Source of the DNA: Thermoplasmatales archaeon | GTDB lineage: Archaea; Thermoplasmatota; Thermoplasmata; Thermoplasmatales; GCA-001856825 | Reading direction: 5' to 3' | Length of the DNA stretch: 64,000 nt | Assembly (NCBI GenBank): GCA_026127935.1 | Contig: JAJSLL010000001.1 | Span: 64,040-128,039 of the forward strand | Made by a program: the position numbers and the translations under genes | The notes under the pieces: generated by a model | Database searches by the model: none | What the model was told of the DNA's origin: nothing | Seen by the model: the letters and a program-made list of their open reading frames with translations, nothing else | In this document: positions 28,697-38,279 of the stretch, one piece after another | Position numbering within the stretch: position 1 is the stretch's first letter | Layout of the letters: each line of letters begins with the position of its first letter

Positions 28697-29325
28697 ATTG
28701 ATAAGTAATAATTATAATATAATATAACTTTCGCTTATTAAATCCATTTCAACGGGATTCAGGAATGAAATCAACGGTTGCAAGATTTGTTGGTGCGATT
28801 TCGATAGCACAGAGGTGGAACGTGCGAGTGAAATGGAGTATTGTTCTGAACCAGAAAACACAATCTCCTGGACAAATCTAGCTATCCAAAACAATTTCCT
28901 CAATACACAAGAAGAGGTCCTGTTTATCTTTTGATATGTGAAGAATGTGGTTAGGTAGATTCCCACATGTTAGTTCTAGATTTTACTGCGCAACCCAAAA
29001 AATGCGGTATATGGATCAATCGTAGCTATTGAAGCATCGCCACAGGAAGGATTCTCGAAACCAATCACGATCTAAGCACTAGCTACTGACAGAAATCGAT
29101 TTGCCCGTACTGTGTAAGATTTCACTGGCTGGTTGACTCCTTACTCAGCTGTGAATTTGTCGCGATGCATATCAGAATGGTTACGACAATCTGGAGGAAC
29201 GGAATAAATGCAGAGTCCGCGAACGAGAAAAAGCATTACGGGCAATTCGCAGTCAAAGTTATTTTTTTGTACTCGTCCGAAGGACTCCCTCGTGCCTTGT
29301 GTCTAACTGTTTGGATTAACAACAT

Positions 29326-30078
29326 TCACTTAACTGTGAAATGCATCAGCGCCAGTGCTCCCCATTGGTCTGCTACCACAACTGTGTAGACACCCTGTGG
29401 AAAATAGCTGAAGTGATAGTTCTGGAATGTTGAGTTTCCGGATTCAGAACTGTTGTTCGTCCAGTAGCCACCGAAATTGAGGTTGGAATACAGAGTTATG
29501 CTGAATGGGGGATTGGGTCCCGAGACCACTGCAGTGTTGCTGTCAGGTTGGAAGAGGTAGTAGTTGAATTCCAGAAACACAGGGCACGCGTAAAAACCAG
29601 GCTCATACATTTGCAACGGAGTTGCATTTCTGATCGAATCCACCGTGAGGTTTCCACCGAATACTGCATACCCGTAAGGATAATAGGATCCACACGGGCC
29701 AGTAGAAAGAAGATGCGGTGAACCGTCTATGACTGGCCATGAGTCTCCACGTGACTCATTGATGATCGTATCACCCATATTCGCAAGCTGTATCCTGAGA
29801 GTTATGTTTGTACCGGAAGAAATGATTGTGTTATGCTCTGAGCCGAATACTTCGGACATCATGCCATCATTTACGGATGTCGAATAGCTCCCGGAAAGGT
29901 TGTGGTTTTCACCCGTCTCCAGAACCAATCCATGCAGGTTGTCTTTGCCTCCTGGCATAATGTGCGGCAGTATGAGGACAAGACTAATGGCTGCCAGAAC
30001 CACGACCAACGAAACAACGATTGCAATCGATGAAATTGCCTTAGGTCCAACCACCTTGTCGCCCTCTCCTTGCGCCAT
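29326..30078 (-). CDS. Membrane-anchored extracellular protein, function unknown
   Basis: 250 aa with one N-terminal TM helix (ISSIAIVVSLVVVLAAISLVLIL), then a Ser/Asn/Tyr-rich domain with several N-x-S/T sequons. Confidence 0.5.
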   Translation of the reverse strand: MAQGEGDKVVGPKAISSIAIVVSLVVVLAAISLVLILPHIMPGGKDNLHGLVLETGENHNLSGSYSTSVNDGMMSEVFGSEHNTIISSGTNITLRIQLANMGDTIINESRGDSWPVIDGSPHLLSTGPCGSYYPYGYAVFGGNLTVDSIRNATPLQMYEPGFYACPVFLEFNYYLFQPDSNTAVVSGPNPPFSITLYSNLNFGGYWTNNSSESGNSTFQNYHFSYFPQGVYTVVVADQWGALALMHFTVK

Positions 30079-30249
30079 CCTTAGTGTATCACTGAAATGT
30101 AATATTTACGGTTTTCCCAGATGAAGAATCGTGAGTGGGACTCATCTTTATCAAATTTTAAGATGGGTGCACTTCCAGTCAATCTGGAATCAATAGATTT
30201 ACCTAGCAGACGAACAATTCCATCCAATATTGAAAAGTGATCGTTAATT

Positions 30250-31140
30250 TCATGCAGAAGGTTTCTGTGAGTTCTCTCTCTTGACCATGATCCATTTCCT
30301 GTGATCCTTGCCGAAGTATGAGTCCATCCTGGCAGATAGATTTGCGAGGAACTCTATTGAAAACGCTCCGAACAGAGTGCCTACACTCCACTTTTTCTTT
30401 TTCAGGAAGGTTGAGAATATTTCCAGAAAGAGTGGGGTCTCTCTGAACACAAGGGTGTCCATTATCCTGGGGTCCCATCCGATCTTCTCTATCTCTATGT
30501 GACCAAAATTGACCCTTCTCCGCTGCTGGAACAGGTCGACTGGGTTTGAGGGAACGAAATTGTGGACTTCCTGATCTTCAAGATACTTTACCGAGAGCCC
30601 GTTATTGGCAGCCTTGATGCAGAGGAACTCATCCTCGTTGATTACCTCGGGTAGGTCTCGCAACAACCCCTTCCTCACGCAGAGGAATTCTCCCGCATGA
30701 ACGTTGCTGCCCCTGTTGGACATAATGGAAAGCTGAAGATCGTGCATTTCCCACATCAGGGTGCTTACCCTCTCCGTGTAGTTCCTGGTGTTGGATGGAA
30801 GTACCTTGGCTGAAACGACTCCGGTGGTGCCCGTGAAAGCGTCTTCGCATCTCTTTATCAGTGACGGTTCAAACGACACATCACCCGAGATGAGGAAAAC
30901 TATGTCACCCCAGATGTTGGATGATATGAAATTGAGTGCTCTCACCTTTCCTCTCCGTTCCCTCTCAAGCACCTTGATCAGCCTGTTATCCTCTATCCTG
31001 CCGATCTCTTCCGATATGGATTTCCCCCCATACAGGAGGAAAATCTGGTCAACATCGCTCTTCAGGACGGACCTCAGGGGGGACAGCACGAGGTCCCCAT
31101 CATTGTAGCTGAAAATGATGGCAGTCTTCTTCAACTTCAT
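30250..31140 (-). CDS. Glycosyltransferase family 2-like protein
   Basis: 296 aa with a GT-A-like N-terminus (TAIIFSYNDG..). Acidic motifs are ISGD and NEDEF. It is adjacent to a second GT2 gene. Confidence 0.55.
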   Translation of the reverse strand: MKLKKTAIIFSYNDGDLVLSPLRSVLKSDVDQIFLLYGGKSISEEIGRIEDNRLIKVLERERRGKVRALNFISSNIWGDIVFLISGDVSFEPSLIKRCEDAFTGTTGVVSAKVLPSNTRNYTERVSTLMWEMHDLQLSIMSNRGSNVHAGEFLCVRKGLLRDLPEVINEDEFLCIKAANNGLSVKYLEDQEVHNFVPSNPVDLFQQRRRVNFGHIEIEKIGWDPRIMDTLVFRETPLFLEIFSTFLKKKKWSVGTLFGAFSIEFLANLSARMDSYFGKDHRKWIMVKRENSQKPSA

Positions 31141-31141
31141 C

Positions 31142-31879
31142 TCAATATGCCTTCTCCCTTAGTATCGTCCTATAGGAGTTCAGCTCTGAAATGTACCTGG
31201 AGAGAAAGTTTTCAGTTATGATCTTTGACTCCCCCCAATTTCTTCTCCCGAAATAGAAGGGTACTTCCGTGAATCTCTTGTCGGCATTGCCCGTCAGTAT
31301 GGGAATGAGGGTCTTGTAGGCAATCCTTCCCTCAAACAACTCGAATATCTTGTCGTAAGAGACCTTGACACCTATGTCAAATGCGAAATACCCGGAAATC
31401 GGGTCTCTGTACTTTCTCCTGGGAGGCAGGAGAGTGTGACAGAGAGTGATGGCAGCTGATGTCGCATATGATCTCAGTGGATTCCTCTTAAACACCAGTC
31501 GTTCTTCAACGAACCTGCTCGTGATCACACCCGAACTTCCGTTCTCAATCTCCCTGACTATATGGGGTATCTTTTCTGGAGGGTGTTGAAGGTTCGAATC
31601 CACGACGGGCATCAAGTCTCCGCTTGCGTACCTAAGCCCCCTCAGGTTGGATTTCGGGAGGCCCTCTCTCTTTTCGTTCACGATAACTGTCAGGCCGCAG
31701 CCTGTTGGCTCCATCCTCTCCAGTTCCGCGATGGTACCGTCCGAACTGTTATCATCCACTATAATCAGTTCGTGCGGAATGTCCTTCGTTGTCGTATTTA
31801 TCCTGTCTATCAGATCCAGAACATTCCCCTTCCCGTTCAGTGTTGCGCTGACTACACTGACAAACTTCCCTGATCTCAT
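31142..31879 (-). CDS. GT2 glycosyltransferase, dolichyl-phosphate hexose synthase (DPM1/AglD-like) type
   Basis: 245 aa with ..VSVVSATLNGKGNV..HELIIVDDNSSDGTI..GDLMPVVDSNLQHPPEKIP.. The usual DAD position reads DSN. Confidence 0.7.
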   Translation of the reverse strand: MRSGKFVSVVSATLNGKGNVLDLIDRINTTTKDIPHELIIVDDNSSDGTIAELERMEPTGCGLTVIVNEKREGLPKSNLRGLRYASGDLMPVVDSNLQHPPEKIPHIVREIENGSSGVITSRFVEERLVFKRNPLRSYATSAAITLCHTLLPPRRKYRDPISGYFAFDIGVKVSYDKIFELFEGRIAYKTLIPILTGNADKRFTEVPFYFGRRNWGESKIITENFLSRYISELNSYRTILREKAY

Positions 31880-32262
31880 TACTCTTTCAAGTCAAATATA
31901 TTTAACTATATTTTGGTACTATTATCGAAGAGGAAGACAAGAAAAACGGATATTCAGGAACGAAGTTTCTTCATCTCTATTTACCGAAGTCCTTACCAGG
32001 ACGGAATAGTTGAGTCTTCTTTGAAGCACACAGTCGACGATTCCGTTTGATATGGCTTCAACTTCGAATCTCCATCCAGGGGCGGTGTGTCGATTCCTTC
32101 AGATTCCAGGATGGTAACCCAAATTTGGAAAGAAGATTCAGATGGGTGAGAAGCAGCGGCAGTAACTGAGTCTATTTGCCGAGAGGGAAACAGGTGATAG
32201 CTGAGACATTAGTTCAATTCGGGAACGAAAATAGTAAATATTCGTTCCCCATATGTACAAAT

Positions 32263-33537
32263 ATGGAAACAGGGGAAATCCTGAGACTTCTAAATGGTTG
32301 GTGGACAACAGGAATAGTCAGCGAAAATCTGGCCAGAAAATTCAAGCGGAAGAGTTTCAAGGATGCGCTTTCCATTCTTACCAACTATAGACAGATACTG
32401 GTCCTTACTGGATTAAGGAGAGTGGGAAAGTCTACAATTATGTACCAGCTTATCAATGATCTCATATCATCTGTCAGTCCACTGAAAATAATTTACTTTT
32501 CTTTCGATTTTGGGTCTGAAGAACTGCAACTGATTCTGAGGGAATATCAAAAGATCACAAAGATAGACTGGAAAACTGAAGAGACATTTCTGTTCTTGGA
32601 CGAGATTCAGAAGCAAAAGAATTGGGCCCCACAGTTGAAGATGATTTACGATGCGTTTCCTAACGTCAAGTTTGTCGTTTCCGGGTCAGCTTCATTACAG
32701 CTGGAGAGAGAGGTAATGGAGAACCTGGCGGGAAGGTACTATCTAATAGACGTCCCCGTCTTGTCTCTGGTCGAATATTTTTCACTCGAACACGATGAAG
32801 GGATAGAAAACGCAAGGCTTAATGAGGACAGAATCAAGCTCGAGATAGAACCGTATATACGAAAGCCCTTTCCCGAACTCGTGAAAGTCGCCGACGAGAG
32901 AATGATCTATGAGTACATCCGTGAGAGTGTAATTTCAAAGATTTTGGGACAAGACCTCATAAGCGAATTTGAGAAGGTTGAAATTCCCTTACTGAACTCA
33001 CTTATCAACCTGTTCTTCTCTGAACCAGGAATGACTCTGAACTATGATGGCCTTGCGAGAACTCTCTCCAAGAGGAAAGAAACGATTGAAAGGCATGTTT
33101 ACATGCTCGAGTTTTCTAAGCTGATAAGAGTTATTAAGAACTACCGGCCCTCAACGATGTCTGAATCAAGGAAGTTGAAGAAGGTATACCCGTATGACAT
33201 TTCGCTTGCACTATCATATTTTCCTTCTCTGGAAAGAGGGAGGGTGATAGAAGCTCTCTTGATGTCCAGGTTGAATACTAAGAGATACTGGAGGGAAGGC
33301 TCTAAGGAAGTGGATGCGTTGTATGAAATGAAAGGAGGTCAGATCCCCATTGAAATTAAAGCATCTAATACGCTGAAACCGGAACATACGAAAAATCTAA
33401 AATTCTATGCCTCAAAATTCGGTGGAAACCTTGGAATACTCCTTTACAACGGAAGAGAGGTGAAGATAGGCAAAATTAGGGCCATTGACATTGAAGATGT
33501 GTTGATCTACGGCTTTGAAAAAACTATAAACGAATAG
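32263..33537 (+). CDS. AAA-type ATPase with a DUF4143-like C-terminal domain
   Basis: Walker A GLRRVGKST, Walker B FLFLDEIQK, and an archaeal AAA_14/DUF4143 architecture. The ORF track starts at 32176, but the in-frame ATG at 32263 (METGEILRLLN..) fits the family length better. Confidence 0.75.
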   Translation: METGEILRLLNGWWTTGIVSENLARKFKRKSFKDALSILTNYRQILVLTGLRRVGKSTIMYQLINDLISSVSPLKIIYFSFDFGSEELQLILREYQKITKIDWKTEETFLFLDEIQKQKNWAPQLKMIYDAFPNVKFVVSGSASLQLEREVMENLAGRYYLIDVPVLSLVEYFSLEHDEGIENARLNEDRIKLEIEPYIRKPFPELVKVADERMIYEYIRESVISKILGQDLISEFEKVEIPLLNSLINLFFSEPGMTLNYDGLARTLSKRKETIERHVYMLEFSKLIRVIKNYRPSTMSESRKLKKVYPYDISLALSYFPSLERGRVIEALLMSRLNTKRYWREGSKEVDALYEMKGGQIPIEIKASNTLKPEHTKNLKFYASKFGGNLGILLYNGREVKIGKIRAIDIEDVLIYGFEKTINE

Positions 33538-33662
33538 CTTTCCCTAAGCGCACGCATTCCTTTTCTTTCACAGATAACATACAATGTTAGGCAACAAGCG
33601 CTGATTGAATGAGGAAACAATGAAATCAAAACAAAGAATGAAAAATCAAGAAAAAGCCCGCA

Positions 33663-34298
33663 CTAGAATATTGGCTGTCCCAGTCCCATCCCAGGTCCGA
33701 CGGCCACGTTGACCGTTTCTAGCAGAGTGCCACTGAGGCTGTATATGTTAACTACATCCTGGAAGACAACATACATAGGAACACAGTCTGAATAAACGCC
33801 CCATCCTGCACTATATGCTCCATTGGCCTGATAGGTAGCCCACTCTGTAGGATTATCGCTTACAGCCTGTATCTTCATGAACTCGGTTACAAAGTACGTG
33901 GCCCCAGCTGGAATCTGGTTCTGGTCAGTCCAGGCTACTGACGGATAACCATACTGTCCGTTGAAGCCATACCAGTCTGATGGGTTCATATCGTTAGAAT
34001 ACCAACTCCAGTGATTGGTTACCCAGGCACCTACTGGTTCAGTTCCCATCGGAGCCCAATCCTTTGACCATTTCATTACGATCCATGCGTTCCAAGTTCC
34101 ATATTCAAGCGGCGTGGATGGTTTCAGATAGTTACCATACCATCCATTGTAAAGGCGTGCCTGATAGTTATATCCATATTGATCAAATCCTCCTCCGTTC
34201 CCGTTTCCAGTTCCGTTAGCAGCGACCACCGTTCCTATTGACATTACCATCATGAAGGACAAAAGAATTGCAAATGCAACAATGGTCTTATTCATCAA
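33663..34298 (-). CDS. Secreted Trp/Tyr-rich protein, function unknown
   Basis: 211 aa with an N-terminal signal-like segment (MMNKTIVAFAILLSFMMVMSIGTVVA), then GNGNGGG and an aromatic-rich domain. Confidence 0.45.
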   Translation of the reverse strand: MMNKTIVAFAILLSFMMVMSIGTVVAANGTGNGNGGGFDQYGYNYQARLYNGWYGNYLKPSTPLEYGTWNAWIVMKWSKDWAPMGTEPVGAWVTNHWSWYSNDMNPSDWYGFNGQYGYPSVAWTDQNQIPAGATYFVTEFMKIQAVSDNPTEWATYQANGAYSAGWGVYSDCVPMYVVFQDVVNIYSLSGTLLETVNVAVGPGMGLGQPIF

Positions 34299-34601
34299 AA
34301 CACCCGTTGATTATTTTTTATGTCATACTTATGTATTTCTAAATATTAGGGCGACCTAAATTCCATGTACAACTTCCGAGAAAAGAATCAAGAATTTCGC
34401 TCTCAGAAGGGAACAGTTTATTGTCTCTCTGATTTTATTGAAACTATTCTCTTCCATGGACACCATACGGCAAACTTGGAACGTTCGTTCTCGATGTAGA
34501 CAGTCTACAGTGGTTTCGCAATTGGCAAAGGGGGTGAAGAGATACTGTTGTTCGAAATAATTGTGGCTAGCGTCTAGAGCATTAAATGCGCTCAATTCAG
34601 A

Positions 34602-35054
34602 TTAGGCCAGCACAGACATGCCTACGAACATTATTCCACCCAGTGCAATAAAGAATGAGACCAGCCCAGCTATGATGAAATAGAATTTGATCTTTAGAAC
34701 CTCATTCCACTTTTCTACTATCTTATCAGGCTGATCCAATCGCATTTTTTCTAGAATTGGCAGTGCAACGAAGATGAAGAAAACTATGCCAATTACAAAG
34801 AAAACTGGCGGTAAGATCAGAACGGACGGTAAGAAACTCGTACCAATAGCAGCACCGATACCTATGAACTTCAAGATTGCAAAGTAAACAGCGATGAAAC
34901 CCGACTGAACTGAAATCATTATACTCGCAAATGTTCTCAATACGTCAAAAGATTTTCCAGCCTGGTTCTCGGCTGCGGTGATGTACTCCTCTTCGGAACT
35001 AGACAACGGAGAAACCGAAACTACTTTGGGTTTATCGTTCACCATTATACTCAC
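34602..35054 (-). CDS. Small integral membrane protein, function unknown
   Basis: 150 aa with 3-4 hydrophobic helices and a GTG start coupled (GTGA) to an upstream small ORF. Confidence 0.45.
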   Translation of the reverse strand: MSIMVNDKPKVVSVSPLSSSEEEYITAAENQAGKSFDVLRTFASIMISVQSGFIAVYFAILKFIGIGAAIGTSFLPSVLILPPVFFVIGIVFFIFVALPILEKMRLDQPDKIVEKWNEVLKIKFYFIIAGLVSFFIALGGIMFVGMSVLA

Positions 35055-35402
35055 TTCACCGAAATATTGTCTTCTTTCATATTGGGTGGGATTGACAGCT
35101 CTATTTCAGCCTTGAAATGTTTCCCGGTAGTGGGACATTTGAATGCTCTTAGGATCTTGACATCTTTTCCTTAGGGTTCTTTCCCCGACTCATTCACCTC
35201 GTAATCCAGAGTCGTAACGATCGTGCCTTGGCCCTTGGGGAGATACGCCAGAGTATAATTATGGGTTGCTTTCTCAAACGGGCATTCGATCGATATCGCT
35301 TCGCTCCACTGAACATTCGTCATATCATTCTTCTCTCGCAATCATTCTGAGCGGATATCTTGCGTTTGTATACCGACTTGTTCGTATTTAATCTTGTTCT
35401 AA

Positions 35403-35724
35403 AATAGAGCTGATTTACACCAGCAGGAACATACTCAACATATTCCTCGCGGAAGCTTCAATTATGGGGTTCATTGGTGGTATTTTTGGAGTCGGAGTGG
35501 GGATATTGATTTCGTACGTGGTCGTGAGGGGTTCTCTGGATCTTCAAGGGGAACACTTAGTTTCATCGGTCGCAGGAGTTGAACTTCAATTTCTCCCGTG
35601 ATCAGTCCAGAACTGATAGTGCTGGCAATTCTCCTTGCGACTGCCTTTTAGAGGCACCGGGGGGTTGATACCAGGATGGAGGGCTTCAAAAATGTCCCCG
35701 ACAGAGGCGGTAAGAACTTTCTAG
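35403..35724 (+). pseudogene. C-terminal fragment of an FtsX/MacB-type ABC permease, frameshifted
   Basis: My own three-frame translation gives ..NILNIFLAEASIMGFIGGIFGVGVGILISYVV.., then ..ISPVISPELIVLAILLATAF* in a second frame, then ..GGLIPGWRASKMSPTEAVRTF* in a third. This is the canonical FtsX C-terminus. No N-terminal part is present. Confidence 0.55.
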
Positions 35725-35853
35725 AGGGATTCAATTAGAAGCGATTATCTTTCTTTAAATCACTAAATTGACCTTCAGACAAATTTGAGAACTTATCTCG
35801 TTGATCGGTAAGACTCTAATATAAGGCATTCATTACTTCATGGTAATGACAAA

Positions 35854-36084
35854 ATGATAAAACTGAGCAAAGTAACCGGAAAGGGACAGGTTACTATTCC
35901 AGTTGAGGTTAGGACCGATCTTGGGATAGTGATTGGAGACACAATTTTGTTTGAAAAGAGGAATGGACAAATTGTCATTAAAAAGGCTGAAAAGAAAAGT
36001 ATGGTTGAAGTTCTAGAAGATTCGACCCCCTTCAGTAAATCAACGATGAAAATGATGAAAAAAATCAGGGATGAGTGGGATTAA
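35854..36084 (+). CDS. vapB: AbrB/SpoVT-fold antitoxin (VapB-like)
   Basis: 76 aa with ..KGQVTIPVEVRTDLGIVIGDTILFEK.. It overlaps the PIN gene by 14 nt. Confidence 0.8.
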   Translation: MIKLSKVTGKGQVTIPVEVRTDLGIVIGDTILFEKRNGQIVIKKAEKKSMVEVLEDSTPFSKSTMKMMKKIRDEWD

Positions 36085-36511
36085 GATCTGCATAGACACC
36101 AATGTGTTCCTAAATGTCATCAACAGGGAGGATCCTTTTCATTCCTATTCAAGAAAGATATTGTCTGCAGTAGATGATGGGAAGATAGAGGGAGCAGTTC
36201 CAACTCTTGTGATCGCAGAGATACTCACTGGCTACTTTGCGAACAAGAGGGACACAGAGGCAGAGGAATTTCTATCTACCTCGTCAACAAATAAGAATCT
36301 AAAGATAGTTCCGCTGAGTACCGAAATCGCTCTGATATCGTCGAAGATCAGGGCATCAACCGGATTGAGACTTCCGGACGCTGTTGTGCTTGGAACGGCA
36401 GTCCAGTGGCATGCAGATTTCCTGGTCACCAATGATGAGCACTTCCCGAAGGTATTGGGGAACTTGAAGATCTTAGATTCTAGGAGAATGGTAGCTAATC
36501 TCAACGATTAG
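36071..36511 (+). CDS. vapC: PIN-domain ribonuclease toxin (VapC)
   Basis: 146 aa. Acidic residues are ICIDTNVF, VIAEIL, LPDAVVL and VTNDEHF. Confidence 0.85.
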   Translation: MSGIKICIDTNVFLNVINREDPFHSYSRKILSAVDDGKIEGAVPTLVIAEILTGYFANKRDTEAEEFLSTSSTNKNLKIVPLSTEIALISSKIRASTGLRLPDAVVLGTAVQWHADFLVTNDEHFPKVLGNLKILDSRRMVANLND

Positions 36512-36841
36512 CCTAATCAGACCGAGTTTCCAGAGAGAAAGATTTCAGACCTGTCAAGATTAGGTTCTGAATTGCCAAAGTGTTTGAGTGTTCGCTTTCC
36601 CAGGAACTCCTCCCCGGGACAGTCAATCTAAGCTACAGGGCCAAATTCTGGCACGCTCCTTTAGGTATAGGCGGGGTATTCCTTAGCCTCCATTGGTTTC
36701 CATCTTTAGCGTGAATCTTATTGGAAAGAGACCTGGATTATGCAAAGGGCTCTTCCACCATCTTAAGCTCCTGTATTCCTGAGGGGGTTAGGTCCCGCTA
36801 TCTATAGGGAAAGTTAGGTTTATCACCCAGGTCACGTTAGC

Positions 36842-37631
36842 TTGGTTATGGAGGGGGAGACAGTCTACGGCATAGAAAATGGTCTCAAGCTCTGCAAAGA
36901 TCGCCTAAATCGAGATAAGAGGATATCAAGGGATATTAAATACGCCATTCTTGACTTCGTGGATGATCTTGCCATAATGAATGTATCGGACCACGTACAA
37001 TACTCCTATATCGAAAGGCTGGAGATAGTAGCCAGAATGATGGGCCCTAGGTTCCTTGAGCCAAACAGGAGAATTGTGAAGGAAACAATGTTGAGCCTGA
37101 AGAGGTCCAAGTCCAGAAGGAATGACTACTATTCCGACAGCACCCTTAACAGTATTTACAATGCCAATGTAAATGCATCGTTCTCAATATCGCAAGAAGA
37201 AATGGATTGGTCAATTCAACACATCCATGTCTGTGTTGAAGGGCAGCACTGATACGCCCAGAGGTGCAACTCTATGAACGAAAGAGTCACCGAACCAAGA
37301 GGAACCCCACAGAATTTATTCGTGGGAGAATGTCAGGTCGCCATGAAAAGATTCTATTCGAGCTATAAAGACGGTGCCTTCTTAGGCGCTGTATCATGGA
37401 TCGAAATCAAAACAAGTCCAGCCAAAGCGAAGAAACCAGAGGACATTATTTCCATTGAGGAAAAGAAAAAACTGCTAAATGCTTGCCTTAACGAGAGAGA
37501 CAAGTCGCTTATTTCAATGCTCTATGATTCAGGTTGCCGAATAGGCGAGCTATTGGCTCTAAGAGTAAAGGACACTGAGTAAGACGACTATGGCATAAAA
37601 TTGACGGTCAATGGCAAAACGAGGGTCAGAA
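36842..37631 (+). pseudogene. Tyrosine recombinase (integrase), N-terminal two-thirds only, with two in-frame stops
   Basis: ORF-track pieces 36842..37252, 37274..37582 and 37601.. share one frame. They are interrupted by TGA (37253) and TAA (37583). ..NACLNERDKSLISMLYDSGCRIGELLALRVKDTE*DDYGIKLTVNGKT.. is the Arg-I box plus GKTG strand. The catalytic His/Arg/Tyr region is absent. Confidence 0.7.
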
Positions 37632-37849
37632 GAGCCAGGGAATTCCCGAAGGCAAAGGTCAGCGAGCAGCTCCTCAAAAAGTTCGTGCTCTACACGCTCT
37701 CATCCCAGATATACAACGAGCTGTACGATCAGATAAAGGCCATCTACCCGGCTAAGAAGATTGAGATAAGGAGCTCAGAAATATTTGAGCTGACAAAGGA
37801 AGTGCGAAGAGCAAAGAAGGAAGAGGAAACTGAGGCCGACGTAGCTTAG
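37617..37849 (+). pseudogene. Diverged duplicate of the last ~70 codons of rps3ae, fused in frame to the integrase remnant
   Basis: ..EFPKAKVSEQLLKKFVLYTLSSQIYNELYDQIKAIYPAKKIEIRSSEIFEL.. matches rps3ae ..EFLKAKVKEQPISQFIVYMFSTQIYNDLYEQIKVIYPAKKIEIRSSEVFEL.. Confidence 0.8.
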
Positions 37850-37935
37850 CCTGGTGGAGTCTCGGACTCATAGGGATCATTTAAAAGTTGTCTTGGACCA
37901 TTCGGAGGTCCTGGGTTCAATTCCAAGCCTCGACA
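37835..37935 (+). pseudogene. tRNA-Met-like copy (CAT, 27-nt intron), probably non-functional
   Basis: It has the same architecture as 27100..27191. However, the acceptor stem GCCGACG/CCTCGAC has two mismatches (C2-A71, C6-C67). The T stem CTGGG/CCAAG has one mismatch, and the intron helix is weaker. Confidence 0.6.
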
Positions 37936-38279
37936 TCTACATCTTTCGCGAATCGAAATCTGAATAGTACCTAGACTGAGGATTTATGTAGCGTAGTAAC
38001 TAAATCAAAAATGGTATGAATTTTTCCTTTAAATTGGTCTGCAACTCAATTTCCCTTAAGTGGTGAAGGTCCGTAGAATATAACTGGTCAAGAAACCCAA
38101 GCATACGAGCTAGACTCTAGAAATCTAAATTATCGCTCCTGCACAAAAAAAATTGACTAAGATTGTGGTCGGAAGCTTGTTGAAACCGACTTATTAGAAC
38201 AGATCGCATCAATATAACAAAATTAAAATAATACTACTGTCGATGATAAAATTCAAAAGCTTCCAAATATTACGTTTCT

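Larger units (their letters stand above)
27192..37935. mobile_element. Decayed integrated element or accessory island inserted at the rps3ae-tRNA-Met module
   Basis: It is bounded on the left by the intact rps3ae/tRNA-Met. On the right is a diverged partial duplicate (37617..37935) fused to a recombinase pseudogene. The cargo is toxin-antitoxin genes and gene fragments. Confidence 0.55.

Noticed and set aside
35051-35323. Minus-strand small ORF MTNVQWSEAISIECPFEK...GKEP*GKDVKILRAFKCPTTGKHF..NISVK*, translationally coupled (GTGA) to the membrane-protein gene 34602..35054.
   Set aside because: An in-frame TAA at 35171..35173 splits it into a 50-aa and a 39-aa part with no recognisable motif. 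It may be a small pseudogene, but the support is too weak to call.
36511-36523. 13-mer GCCTAATCAGACC repeated at 46475..46487, considered as att-like boundaries of a ~10-kb segment.
   Set aside because: Tens of 13-mer coincidences are expected by chance in 64 kb. Flanking sequence shows no further similarity, and the interval cuts across the island boundary and core sugar genes.
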